A stretch of 64,000 nt of DNA from Patescibacteria group bacterium (GTDB lineage Bacteria > Patescibacteriota > UBA1384 > GWA2-35-9 > JBASTP01), in contig JBASTP010000006.1 of NCBI GenBank assembly GCA_049274945.1, positions 96,529 to 160,528 on the forward strand. Reading direction: 5' to 3'. Both the position numbers and the translations under genes were made by a program. The notes beneath the pieces were generated by a model. It saw nothing but the letters and a program-made list of their open reading frames with translations, did not search any database and had not been told where the DNA came from. Shown piece by piece: positions 33,221 to 42,473 of this stretch (position 1 is its first letter; every line of letters starts with the position of its first letter).

Positions 33221-35887
33221 TCAAACCATCGTCCCGGTCACGGTGAACGACATGCCCGGTTTGAGTTCTTGGCGCAAAATCTTTTCGGCAACGAGGTTTT
33301 CCACTTTGTCGGTAAGCGCGCGTTCCAGCGCCCGCGCGCCGTACACCGGGTCAAAACCCAGCTGCACCAACTTTTGCTTGGCCGCTTGGTCAAGCGTAAT
33401 TGTGATTTGTTCTTTAGCGAGTCCTTCGTTCAATCGGGAAACCATAATATCCAGCACTTTTGCCATTTCGGCATGACTCAGCGGCCGGTAAACCACCGCC
33501 GCATCAAAGCGGTTCAAGAACTCCGGGCGGAACGTGCCTTGCCGCTGGATGTCATCAATCAGCTGTTTGGCAAATGTTTCCACTTGCTCACCGGCGTTGA
33601 TCCGCTCGCGGATTTGCTCTGAGCCGGCGTTAGAGGTGGCAATAATAATCGTATTGGTAAAATCAACGGTTTTGCCGGAGTCATCGGTCAGCCGGCCTTC
33701 GTCGAGCAGCTGCAAAAATAGGTTAAGGATATTCTCGTTGGCCTTGTCGATTTCATCAAAAAGAATCAGCGAAAAGGGTTTTTCGGCCACCGCGCGGGTG
33801 AGCAGCCCGCCACCCGGGTGCGACGGCCCGCCGATCAGCCGCTCGGCGCCAAAGGGCGTGTCATATTCCGACATGTCAAACCGAACGATTTCCTTTTCGC
33901 CGCCAAAGTAGGCGTTGGCCAGGGCTTTGGCGGTAGCGGTTTTACCCACGCCGGTTGGCCCCAAAAATAGGAAGGCGCCGATTGGTCGCGGCCGGGTTTT
34001 CACGCCGGTTCTGGCGCGGCGCAGCGCATCGGCAATTTGGCTAACCGCATAGTCTTGGTTGATCAAACTTTTGTGTAGCACGGTCTCAAGATTTAGCAGC
34101 AGTTCCCGTTCATCTCCGCCTACCGGCCCCACTGCCACATGGGTTTTACTCTCAACGATTTTGTCGAGATCTGCCGGCCGGAGGATCTTCTCGGCTGATC
34201 GTTCAGCGGTGTAAACCGCTGCTTCATCAAGCAGATCAATCGCCTTTTCCGGTAGTTTTTTCTCCGGCAGGAAGCGGTGGGAAAGCGCGAGCACTTCTTT
34301 CAAACTGGCGTAGCTTATTACAATCCGATAGCGGGCTTCGAACGCAGCGGCCACTTCCTCAAGAATATTCATCATCTCGTCGTCGCTCGGCTGTGTAACC
34401 TCGATTTTTTCAAAACTCGCCGCAATATCCGGGTGGCGGCTCAACACTTTGTGCCAGCCGTTTGGCGTGGTGGTGGCAATCAGCTTGAGGGCAGGGGAGT
34501 CGAGGTAGGGCTGAAGAATCGAGCCGGCATCAACTCGACCAATGGAAAGCTCCTCGCCAAAGAGCAGCCGATCAAATTCATCAATGAACAAAATTACATT
34601 TCCCGCCCGCACCGTTTCGTTGAAGATTTTTACCATTACCTGCTCAAGGGCGCCTACTGAACTAGCCCGCCCGAGCAGCCGGTTAGTATCGAGTTCAATA
34701 ATTCGTTTGTAAACGAGGGTCGAGAACGAGCTGCTTGCGAAGATTTTTTCCGTGATCCCCTCCACCACGGTGCGCTTGCCGGTGCCCGGCTCGCCCACCA
34801 GTACGGCGTTGTGGTGGCTGCGGCGCGCGAGGATGCGCTCAAGCCTCTCAATTGAGTTGCGATGAGCCACAAAGTGGTGGCTCGGGGCGCGGCCTTCGAG
34901 CCGGCTCGTCCAATCAATCGAAAACGCATCGAGCGTGGGGGTCCAGCCCGCTGCCCAATCGCGGCCCACCCCACCGGTTGCCCTCAATTTTTTAGGGTCA
35001 AAGAGCGCCGAAGGTTCATTCATTCGCCCCCATAACTCCGCCTGCCAGCGGCAGACTGCCTCGACATCTTGGAGCGTGAGCTTTTTTTCGGGCAGTTTAT
35101 TAGTTAGATCTTTTGTGTTCGCAATAAGTGTAAAGACCAAATCAGCTACCTCGACTCGCTCTCGGTGGTGGTTCAGAGCGGTTTGAGCTGATTTGATAAT
35201 AAAGGCGCGTTCGTCAAGTGCATTGGGATCCGCAGCGGTTACCTCATTTACCCCAAAATCCAAATGCTGAAATATGAATCGCGCTTGCTCATTTTTCAAA
35301 AGATTACCTACCAACTCGTTAAGATCTTTTGACTCCTTAACGATCCGCCGCGCAGCCAAGGTAAAATAAGGTCCGAATTTGAAGTCAGTTTGTTTGATAG
35401 CGCGGTCGAGCGGTTCGGGCTTCGGCGGGTTCGCCAGTAAGTCGTGGCGGTACCACCACAGCAGACCGCCTATGGTAGCTGCCACGGCCGCTACCAAACC
35501 CACCCCCCAGGTGCTTGCCCCAATAGTCATAAAGAAAAATCCAGCCACAAAAGCCACCGGTGCGAGTACCGGGAGTATCCAACTTGCGAGCACTATAAGC
35601 CCAAGGGCTAGCGCCACCGCAACCGTTACGATTAATCCCACTATCACGGTGGCTGCCCTCACCACAAAGCCGAAGCCGCGCGAGGCTAAATTGAGCGCAA
35701 CGGCTTGCAGCAGGAGCGAGATTTCTTGGCGCACCGGCGCCACCACATCGCGTTTCCAGGGTGCAAACAAGGTTTTTAGAAGCAGCTCAATCGAAAACAG
35801 GTCGTAGGTAATGAATAACAAACTCGCCGCCACATTTCTGAGTGTCTTAAATGCAACGCGGTAGTACCAGTGGAAAATGTTTTTCAT
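33221..35887 (-). CDS. membrane-anchored double-AAA+ Clp/Hsp100-like ATPase
   Basis: ~150-aa N-terminal region with 3-4 TM helices, then D1 Walker A LVGEPGTGKRTVV and D2 Walker A FLFLGPTGVGKTATAKALA, a sensor-2 region and a ClpB_D2-small-like C-terminus. No clear ClpP-docking IGF/LGF loop. Confidence 0.6.
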   Translation of the reverse strand: MKNIFHWYYRVAFKTLRNVAASLLFITYDLFSIELLLKTLFAPWKRDVVAPVRQEISLLLQAVALNLASRGFGFVVRAATVIVGLIVTVAVALALGLIVLASWILPVLAPVAFVAGFFFMTIGASTWGVGLVAAVAATIGGLLWWYRHDLLANPPKPEPLDRAIKQTDFKFGPYFTLAARRIVKESKDLNELVGNLLKNEQARFIFQHLDFGVNEVTAADPNALDERAFIIKSAQTALNHHRERVEVADLVFTLIANTKDLTNKLPEKKLTLQDVEAVCRWQAELWGRMNEPSALFDPKKLRATGGVGRDWAAGWTPTLDAFSIDWTSRLEGRAPSHHFVAHRNSIERLERILARRSHHNAVLVGEPGTGKRTVVEGITEKIFASSSFSTLVYKRIIELDTNRLLGRASSVGALEQVMVKIFNETVRAGNVILFIDEFDRLLFGEELSIGRVDAGSILQPYLDSPALKLIATTTPNGWHKVLSRHPDIAASFEKIEVTQPSDDEMMNILEEVAAAFEARYRIVISYASLKEVLALSHRFLPEKKLPEKAIDLLDEAAVYTAERSAEKILRPADLDKIVESKTHVAVGPVGGDERELLLNLETVLHKSLINQDYAVSQIADALRRARTGVKTRPRPIGAFLFLGPTGVGKTATAKALANAYFGGEKEIVRFDMSEYDTPFGAERLIGGPSHPGGGLLTRAVAEKPFSLILFDEIDKANENILNLFLQLLDEGRLTDDSGKTVDFTNTIIIATSNAGSEQIRERINAGEQVETFAKQLIDDIQRQGTFRPEFLNRFDAAVVYRPLSHAEMAKVLDIMVSRLNEGLAKEQITITLDQAAKQKLVQLGFDPVYGARALERALTDKVENLVAEKILRQELKPGMSFTVTGTMV

Positions 35888-35903
35888 ACCCTCCTTCTTT
35901 CGG

Positions 35904-36614
35904 CTAAATCTCCTGGGTTTCTCCAGGACTAAAAATAAACACTTTTGTTTTCGTAGCTGCTTCTACTTTTTGTTTGAACTCGTTGGGATTTGCGGCGACC
36001 TCGATCGCCGGCGTGTTGTAGTGCATCGGAATCACTACTTTTGGCGCCATGGTTTTAACCGCCGCCACTGCTTCATCGAGCGTCATGGTATAGGTGCCGC
36101 CGATTGGCACCATGGCAATATCCAGGTCGTTGAGCTCGGCCATTTCGGGAATGTGGTCGCTGTCGCCGGTGTGATAGATTTTTTTACCCTCTGCCTCAAG
36201 CACAAACCCCACGCCAAAATCTTTGGGGTGGTAGGGGGTATTGGGCGCCCGGAATTTGTTGGTATTGTATGCCGGTACCGCCCGAATCGTTACGCTCCCA
36301 ATTTTTTGCGATCCGCCAACTGCGAGTCCTATACCGCCCTGAACTTTCAGAGCATTCTCCTGTGAGGTAATAATGTTAGTAGTACCTTTCCGCAGCTGAC
36401 CAATTTTACCGCTGTCGGAGTGATCGAGGTGCGAATGGCTGATGCAGATAATATCAGCCTGCACGTTGCTAATATCTCCAGCATAGGGATCAAGGGCGAT
36501 AATCGTACCGTTGCCTAATGTAATCAGCCAGCTGGCATGCCCCAGCCACGTGAGTTGCATATGTTCATTATAGTTGAAAATTTGATGGGTGGCACGTGAG
36601 CCAGACCCCGTCAA
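35904..36614 (-). CDS. metallo-beta-lactamase-fold hydrolase
   Basis: HSHLDHSD (HxHxDH) zinc-binding motif. 236 aa. Confidence 0.7.
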   Translation of the reverse strand: MTGSGSRATHQIFNYNEHMQLTWLGHASWLITLGNGTIIALDPYAGDISNVQADIICISHSHLDHSDSGKIGQLRKGTTNIITSQENALKVQGGIGLAVGGSQKIGSVTIRAVPAYNTNKFRAPNTPYHPKDFGVGFVLEAEGKKIYHTGDSDHIPEMAELNDLDIAMVPIGGTYTMTLDEAVAAVKTMAPKVVIPMHYNTPAIEVAANPNEFKQKVEAATKTKVFIFSPGETQEI

Positions 36615-37372
36615 ATAATCGCTTTTCCGAGATTTTTCGGACTCTTACTCAGCAGTTCGTAGCCACTTTTCGTCACGAGCACCAAATCCTCAATCCGTAC
36701 CCCACCCCAACCCCGCAGGTAGATGCCGGGTTCGATGGTGATTACCTCTCCGGCGACGAGTTTTTCGCGGACACCTTTTTTAAGATTCGGCCGTTCGTGG
36801 ATTTGCAGCCCTACGCCGTGGCCAGTGCCGTGAGCAAAGGCGGCGCGGTAGCCAGCATTCACAATAATTTGCCGCGCCGCGCGATCAACCTGCCCGCCGG
36901 TTACCCCTTCGCGCACCATAGCAAGGGCCGCCTGCTGCGCTGCGAGCACCAGGTTATAGATTTTGGTTTGCTTGGCATCTGGTTTTCCTAAAAACACCGT
37001 GCGCGTCATATCGGAGTTGTAACCATCCACCACCGCCCCGAAGTCAAGCACCACCATTTCGCCGCGCCTCAGCCGCTTTTGGCACGGCACTTCGATCATG
37101 GTGCGATCAGCTCGCAGCGTCCGCACGCCGTGGTGGATTGCTGCCGCATGCGTGCCCGATGCCACTAAAGGCGGAAAGGCGAGCGCTTTGGCCCCCTCGC
37201 GTTCCAGTAGTTTTTTAATTAACTCGACAACATCACATTCGCGCATTCCCATTCTAATGTTCTTAAGAACATTAGAATGGACTCGGTCATTAATATCCGC
37301 TGCCGCGCGGATTTTGGCAAGCTCACGGGGTGACTTCACCAGCCGCAGGTCTTCAAGGATTTCTAAGGCCAT
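36611..37372 (-). CDS. M24-family metallopeptidase (Xaa-Pro aminopeptidase-like catalytic domain only)
   Basis: Pita-bread-fold motifs DFGAVVDGYNSDMTRT, HGTGHGVGLQIHERP, and EPGIYL...GVRIED. It lacks the usual N-terminal domain (253 aa). 4-nt overlap with the MBL-fold gene. Confidence 0.7.
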   Translation of the reverse strand: MALEILEDLRLVKSPRELAKIRAAADINDRVHSNVLKNIRMGMRECDVVELIKKLLEREGAKALAFPPLVASGTHAAAIHHGVRTLRADRTMIEVPCQKRLRRGEMVVLDFGAVVDGYNSDMTRTVFLGKPDAKQTKIYNLVLAAQQAALAMVREGVTGGQVDRAARQIIVNAGYRAAFAHGTGHGVGLQIHERPNLKKGVREKLVAGEVITIEPGIYLRGWGGVRIEDLVLVTKSGYELLSKSPKNLGKAII

Positions 37373-37375
37373 AAA

Positions 37376-37519
37376 TTATTTTAGGAGATCTACGGTTGCT
37401 CTCCCATCGCTGTGTTTAAAGAAAATATGGGATCCCCGCTGCCGAATTTTCTGAAAGCCTAACCTTTCTAATATTCTAATAATTTGGCGTGCTTTAAGAG
37501 AACCAAGGCGCTTAGCCAT
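37376..37519 (-). CDS. hicA: HicA-family toxin, short form (47 aa), not in the ORF track
   Basis: Hand translation gives MAKRLGSLKARQIIRILERLGFQKIRQRGSHIFFKHSDGRATVDLLK*. It carries the HicA dsRBD-like core with the GSH motif. The start lies 2 nt after the hicB stop. It is shorter than typical HicA (~60 aa) and may be truncated. Confidence 0.45.
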   Translation of the reverse strand: MAKRLGSLKARQIIRILERLGFQKIRQRGSHIFFKHSDGRATVDLLK

Positions 37520-37772
37520 TGTTCAGTGAAACAACTTCCATACCAACAAACGAGGGTTCGTAGGAAAACTGTGAAATTTTCTCTTGGTACTCGGGGTCAT
37601 CGCTCTCAACATCAAGACATAGTTTGATTGCTTCTTTGATTCGTTTATTAAGTTCAGCCAAAGTTTTTGCTTGAGTGTAACAACCCGGTAACGATGGAAC
37701 CGTTGCAACAAAAAATCCGTCTTCGTCTCGTTCAATCAAGACTTTAAATTGGCGTGGTTGTAGTCTCGGCAT
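37512..37772 (-). CDS. hicB: HicB-family antitoxin
   Basis: 86 aa. FKVLIERDEDGFFVATVPSLPGCYTQAKTLAELNKRIKEAIKLCLD matches the HicB/UPF0150 RNase-H-like fold pattern. Confidence 0.5.
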   Translation of the reverse strand: MPRLQPRQFKVLIERDEDGFFVATVPSLPGCYTQAKTLAELNKRIKEAIKLCLDVESDDPEYQEKISQFSYEPSFVGMEVVSLNNG

Positions 37773-37831
37773 AGTGCGATGATTATATCATTGTTTCCAA
37801 TTTCCGCAATAATCAAGTTACCCACCGATAC

Positions 37832-38221
37832 TTATTCGATTCTTTTACTGTGCTTTTTGAGCCACTGGGCGATTTTGTCTTCGGGGAGCGAGTTATTTTC
37901 AATTTCTAGGGCGAGTCCATATAAGTGATTTTTTGATTGGATTAATTGGTAGCCGTTTTCTTCTAGAAACATACCTATTGATGCGATTGCAGTGCGTTTA
38001 TTGCCATCAACAAACGGGTGATTTTTAAGGAGCGAATGTCCTAACACGGCTGCCTTCATAAAAAGATCGGGGTAGGCTTCGAAGTCTCCAAAACCAGCTC
38101 GCGGTCGCGCAACAGCAGAATCCACGAGTCCGTAATCTCGGACACCCTGCGAACCGCCATACCTAATAACGAGCTCCTCGTGGATCTCGAGTACCGTTTC
38201 CGTGGCGAGATAACGGGTCAT
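37832..38221 (-). CDS. doc: Doc (death-on-curing) toxin, Fic-fold
   Basis: The Doc-specific motif HPFVDGNKRTA is present. 129 aa. Confidence 0.8.
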   Translation of the reverse strand: MTRYLATETVLEIHEELVIRYGGSQGVRDYGLVDSAVARPRAGFGDFEAYPDLFMKAAVLGHSLLKNHPFVDGNKRTAIASIGMFLEENGYQLIQSKNHLYGLALEIENNSLPEDKIAQWLKKHSKRIE

Positions 38222-38442
38222 TAGTTCTTGGCTAATTTTTTGAGGTCAGCGTCATTCCGATCCATGAATTTTTTCAAACGCCGTTTGAAGGCGGGAGTTG
38301 GCAACACGGTATTTGATACAGAGATTACAACTGATGGCTTACCGTGTTTTAACACTTGGTATTGTTCGCCCGAATAGGTAACCTTGTCGCTGATCTCGCT
38401 CCAACGTTTGCGGACCTCTGTTGAAGAAATTGTTTTAGTCAT
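38221..38442 (-). CDS. phd: Phd/YefM-type antitoxin partner of Doc
   Basis: 73-aa ORF overlapping the doc start by 1 nt. N-terminal pattern ISSTEVRKRWSEISDKV...VLKHGKPSVVISV is typical of Phd/YefM. Confidence 0.55.
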   Translation of the reverse strand: MTKTISSTEVRKRWSEISDKVTYSGEQYQVLKHGKPSVVISVSNTVLPTPAFKRRLKKFMDRNDADLKKLAKN

Positions 38443-38584
38443 TATGTATTAATTATACAATATGTACAAAACTATGTCAAGGGCCACTTGTGGTCAGGGG
38501 ATTTCCTTGACTTATTGGCTTTTGTTTGGTTTAATAACTGGTTCGCACTATGTTCCTGCACAACCTAGTCCAAGGAGGACGTCC

Positions 38585-39238
38585 ATGACCGAGGCTCTGC
38601 TTAACTCAATCGTCAATGTTGGTATCGCATTGGTCGCTGTTACGATTATGTCTGCGTTCATAATTTGTTTCGTATTGGTGACATCTGCCAGGACAATCGC
38701 CAAGTCAATTGTCCAGGGCCGCAACCTCCGTGTTGCGTTTGCGCTGGACGATGTTACGCGCGCCGCCACACTCGAAGCGCTCAAGCAAGATCCCCTATTC
38801 CTCGAAGCGATCGCGAACTACTTGGGTGATCATATCAAAGGCGAAAAAGGCGATCCCGGCAACGCAGTTGATCCGTGCGAGGAAGTGATGAGGATCTTCG
38901 ATAACCCGGAGGCAACTGCAACACTGATCAATGGTTTGGCAACCCGCGCCGGCTACCAGGTGGCTCAAGAGAGCCGTCAATTACTCGCTGAATTAAATAA
39001 CAACGTTACTCAACAATTGGCGGTGCCCGTCGGAGAGCTTGCTCATCTGCGTGATGAGTTACGGAGTTATGTCGCCGATCTGGAGACAATAAATCAACTA
39101 CTCGCAGCTGCCCAGAATATTGTGGAAGGCGCCCAGCATGACACTGCGGATCTCAGAGCCACCGCCGCTCAGCTCGAGCAACTGATTGCAACGTCCAATT
39201 TACTCAAACGTCTCCTCGTTGATCCACAACCCGCTTAA
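38585..39238 (+). CDS. hypothetical membrane protein with coiled-coil C-terminus
   Basis: The ATG at 38585 is preceded by a perfect AAGGAGG. The track start at 38462 has no RBS. One TM helix, then a helical region with a heptad-like Leu/Ala/Glu pattern. Confidence 0.45.
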   Translation: MTEALLNSIVNVGIALVAVTIMSAFIICFVLVTSARTIAKSIVQGRNLRVAFALDDVTRAATLEALKQDPLFLEAIANYLGDHIKGEKGDPGNAVDPCEEVMRIFDNPEATATLINGLATRAGYQVAQESRQLLAELNNNVTQQLAVPVGELAHLRDELRSYVADLETINQLLAAAQNIVEGAQHDTADLRATAAQLEQLIATSNLLKRLLVDPQPA

Positions 39239-39366
39239 CCAATCACGCCCACAACCCCCTAACCACAGGGGGTTTATTGTTGCCCAAAAATGCCCAAAAA
39301 AAGAACGGATCGAGGAGGTCTCGTTCCGTTCTGGTGCCACTTTTGCAGTGGCGGGTAGGGTCGTAG

Positions 39367-40554
39367 TTATGTTCTGCCCTGCGAGCGGCAGCGCGGGAGG
39401 TTGGCAAGATAGATGCCGCATTCCGCGCCGATGCAACCATGCTGTCCAGAAAATCCCGGGCAGCACTGAGGGAATCGCTTGGGCTCCAGGGCCAAGGTAA
39501 CCGCTACCCGCATAATTTTGAGGTAGTAGTCCTTGTCCCAGTCGGGTTTGGCCCCGATATTGCGGTCGTTGCCGCCGACCGTAATTTCAGCCCCCCGGGC
39601 GTGGAAGTACACTTCCTCGCATCCCGCAATCGTACCGGGCGCGAGGAGCTCGTCGTCGGAATAACGGTAGCCTCTCGGCCGGGCAATGTCACTGCGCAGA
39701 ATCCGCAGCACATCGTCCAGCATGCCGAGGGTATTCACGCCCTCAAGCCGCCGGTTGGGCCGTACCGCGATTTCGCCGTGGCTCGTGATCTGGCAAATAA
39801 TCGCGAGGCCCAACTTTTGTGCCAGGTCGCGCGCCCAGAGGCTATCGTGTTCAATGATGCAGCCGCGCTCGCCAGACTTGGCCACAATCGTTCCCGCCTC
39901 GATCGCTGCCTTGAGGCCCGGCTCCTGCATCTGCTGCGCCCAATAGAGCCAGTCATCGAAGAGCGGCCTGGCAAGGACGAGCGCTTCCTGCACTGCCTGT
40001 AGCCGGTATTCCGGGTTGCTCCGCCACAAGGGATTGTCGCGCAGCCGTTTGAACCGGCGGTTGATGGTGGCAAAAATATCGCCACCGCCGCGGGTGTCCC
40101 AGTGGGCAGCTTGATCAGCCACGGCTCGGACCACCGGATCGCTCTCGTATTTTCGGGTTACGATAGCGACGTTTTTGATCGCGCACTCGTCCGGGTAATC
40201 CTCGGGTGGGTGGTGGTCAAACGGCCGTTGGTCGGTGCGACCGGCGCAATCAAAGGCCACTGCCTGGCGGCTGTCGAGCAGCTTGCCGTATTTTTGCTCA
40301 AGCAACGCCCGATCCGGCTCGACGATGATCGGCGCCTCGGCCAGGCCGGGAAATACTTTGCCATCCGGGTCGCAGTGGAGTGCCATCAGGATGGCAAAGA
40401 TGCCATCGGCATCCGCGTCGATGATCACCGCTTGAAGTTTCTTCCATTGTTGGCCCTTCCAGTCAGAGACGCATAAACTTTCTGTTGTCAACGTTCTCAC
40501 CTCCTTGGGGTGTTGTTGTGTGGAACCGTGCCGGTTTAGCCGGTTTGGTGCCAA
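39367..40554 (-). CDS. hypothetical protein with DHH-phosphoesterase-like motifs
   Basis: VIIDADADGIFAILMAL (DxDxDG, RecJ/NrnA motif I-like), FDHHPPED (DHH), and TRGGGD (a GGGH-like motif). An alternative reading is a nucleoside-hydrolase-like DxDxxxDD motif. Family unresolved. Confidence 0.3.
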   Translation of the reverse strand: MAPNRLNRHGSTQQHPKEVRTLTTESLCVSDWKGQQWKKLQAVIIDADADGIFAILMALHCDPDGKVFPGLAEAPIIVEPDRALLEQKYGKLLDSRQAVAFDCAGRTDQRPFDHHPPEDYPDECAIKNVAIVTRKYESDPVVRAVADQAAHWDTRGGGDIFATINRRFKRLRDNPLWRSNPEYRLQAVQEALVLARPLFDDWLYWAQQMQEPGLKAAIEAGTIVAKSGERGCIIEHDSLWARDLAQKLGLAIICQITSHGEIAVRPNRRLEGVNTLGMLDDVLRILRSDIARPRGYRYSDDELLAPGTIAGCEEVYFHARGAEITVGGNDRNIGAKPDWDKDYYLKIMRVAVTLALEPKRFPQCCPGFSGQHGCIGAECGIYLANLPRCRSQGRT

Positions 40555-40663
40555 GAAAAGGCGGCCCCGACCTTCCTCCGAAAAGCTCGGATTGGGTCGG
40601 GACCGCGTCTCGCTAATTCAGTTGATCTTAATAAACTGTTCTAGCGAGGGTATGACTGGGTCT

Positions 40664-41881
40664 TTACAGCTCTACGTTGCCCGCCGCGGGGGCTGTACTC
40701 ACCTCGGCGGTTTTTGCCTTGATCAGCTCCTTTGCTGCATCAATCGTTGCTTGCGCTCGTGCTTGGTTCTTGAGAACCTTCACGAGCTCGTTGACGTTGG
40801 CCGCAGCCAGGTAGGCTGCGTTGAGGTAACCGGCCTTGTTGAGCCGGTCGGCAAATTCGCCGCGCCGCTGGCCATCCCGTTCGGGGAAGTGCTTTTTGGC
40901 GACTGCCGCGAGCACCTCCATAACCGAAATGTCGCTGCCGGGCTTGCTGGGTGTTGTCTTTCCGGAGCCCTTTCCTTTTCCGCCTCGCGTTGTGCGTTTG
41001 GCCTTGCGAGCCGCTTGCTCAACGATCTCGGCGAAAATGGTAGGCGTGAAAAATACCACCCGGTCGTCGCGTTTCTCCGGGCCGTATTTGGAAACCGAAT
41101 AGGCGTATGCCTTTCGGTAGGCCTGGATCAGGGAGTAGCGGCGCTCACTGGCATCGGTACTCATCAGCGATGCCTCGGCAGTGTTGATATCACCGCGAGC
41201 AATGAGCGCCCTGAGGACTTCAGCACTGCCTTCTTTGGTGGCGTTAAGCATCATGCTGTAAGCCCGTCTCACCTCCTGTGGTCTGGGCGGTTGGTTAGGA
41301 TCCGATTCGATGAATCCCAGGACCACAAACACGCCTCGTTCCTCGCCGTTGATCAGGATTGTCAAGGGATTGTCTTCGTCGGTCTCACCCTCGAGCAATG
41401 TGATCTGGCCTTCGTCAATCTGATTCGCGGAAACGAACCAAACGAGGTGGGCCGACGGCCGGTACCAGTACTTACCGTTAGTCGGTTCCATCTTACGGTT
41501 GACGTGGAGTAGCGGGCCGCCGTTGAAGTGGCACTTCTGGGCAAACCCAATAGTCTCATCACGCTCGGACGGTTTGATGTTGCCCTTCTCCACGAGTTCC
41601 TCGTGGAAGTAGCGCCCTGCGAGCGATCCGCCGTCGGTCAGAAACTCGGAGTCGATGTGGCAGCACCACACCGTTCCCCTCCGGTTTTTGTGCGCCCGGT
41701 AGCGTATGGGAGTGCCAATCGGCGGCACATCGCACGCTCTCGGAATGAGGGGTAAGCCATCCACCTTCTCAGTGGAGAAGCGACGGTAGGGGAATTCGAT
41801 GATTCCCGACCGCTGGCGCCTCGAACCGTCCTTGAAGACGGCGGTCCCTTCTAACTCAAATGTAATCTTCGGGCCGGCCAT
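40664..41881 (-). CDS. hypothetical protein (last gene of the Hsp70-like operon)
   Basis: 405 aa, basic, with a KGKGSGKTTPSKPGS linker. No recognisable catalytic motif. 1-nt gap to the upstream gene. Confidence 0.4.
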   Translation of the reverse strand: MAGPKITFELEGTAVFKDGSRRQRSGIIEFPYRRFSTEKVDGLPLIPRACDVPPIGTPIRYRAHKNRRGTVWCCHIDSEFLTDGGSLAGRYFHEELVEKGNIKPSERDETIGFAQKCHFNGGPLLHVNRKMEPTNGKYWYRPSAHLVWFVSANQIDEGQITLLEGETDEDNPLTILINGEERGVFVVLGFIESDPNQPPRPQEVRRAYSMMLNATKEGSAEVLRALIARGDINTAEASLMSTDASERRYSLIQAYRKAYAYSVSKYGPEKRDDRVVFFTPTIFAEIVEQAARKAKRTTRGGKGKGSGKTTPSKPGSDISVMEVLAAVAKKHFPERDGQRRGEFADRLNKAGYLNAAYLAAANVNELVKVLKNQARAQATIDAAKELIKAKTAEVSTAPAAGNVEL

Positions 41882-41882
41882 G

Positions 41883-42473
41883 TTAGGCTCCTTTCTTTGG
41901 TTTCAGGCGGCCTTGGTTGATCTCGCCCTGCGTGTTATTGACAACCTGGCGCTGCGCCAAGCCCTGCCACGTGTGGGCGAGTTCGGCGATCTTCGTCCGT
42001 TGCGGTTTACTCTTCACCTCGGTGAGCGAGCCATACCCCAGCGTTTCGAGGATCCAGGTAATTTCTTGCGCAGATTGTGTCGATGATGTGGAGTTGCCGC
42101 GCATAACTTCCTCCACATCAGTGATCCGTCGCTCAAGGTTATGTACCGTTGCCTGGAGCTGAGCGACTGTTGCCGAGGTGCCTCCGTCGAGATTGTTTTG
42201 GGTACCCAATCTTTCAGGAACACTACGCACAAACAATCTGATCATGGTTTCCGGGTTGCTCGTCAGGCCATCAGCGATGTCCTTACCGAGTTCTCCGTCA
42301 CGATCCAGCTCGCTGGCAAGCCACTCTGCCGCGGTCCGGTACTGCTCCCCGAGTCCAGTCACAAACCCTTGGACAAACCAGTCGTGGTTGCCAGGCGTAT
42401 GTTGCCAAGCTGCCAGTCGCTTGTTGCCGTTGGGGCCGATCTTGGTCAGGATCTCCCGGACCATGTGTTTCAT
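41883..42473 (-). CDS. hypothetical protein (third gene of the Hsp70-like operon)
   Basis: 196 aa. ATGA overlap with the stop of the Hsp70-like gene. Confidence 0.4.
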   Translation of the reverse strand: MKHMVREILTKIGPNGNKRLAAWQHTPGNHDWFVQGFVTGLGEQYRTAAEWLASELDRDGELGKDIADGLTSNPETMIRLFVRSVPERLGTQNNLDGGTSATVAQLQATVHNLERRITDVEEVMRGNSTSSTQSAQEITWILETLGYGSLTEVKSKPQRTKIAELAHTWQGLAQRQVVNNTQGEINQGRLKPKKGA

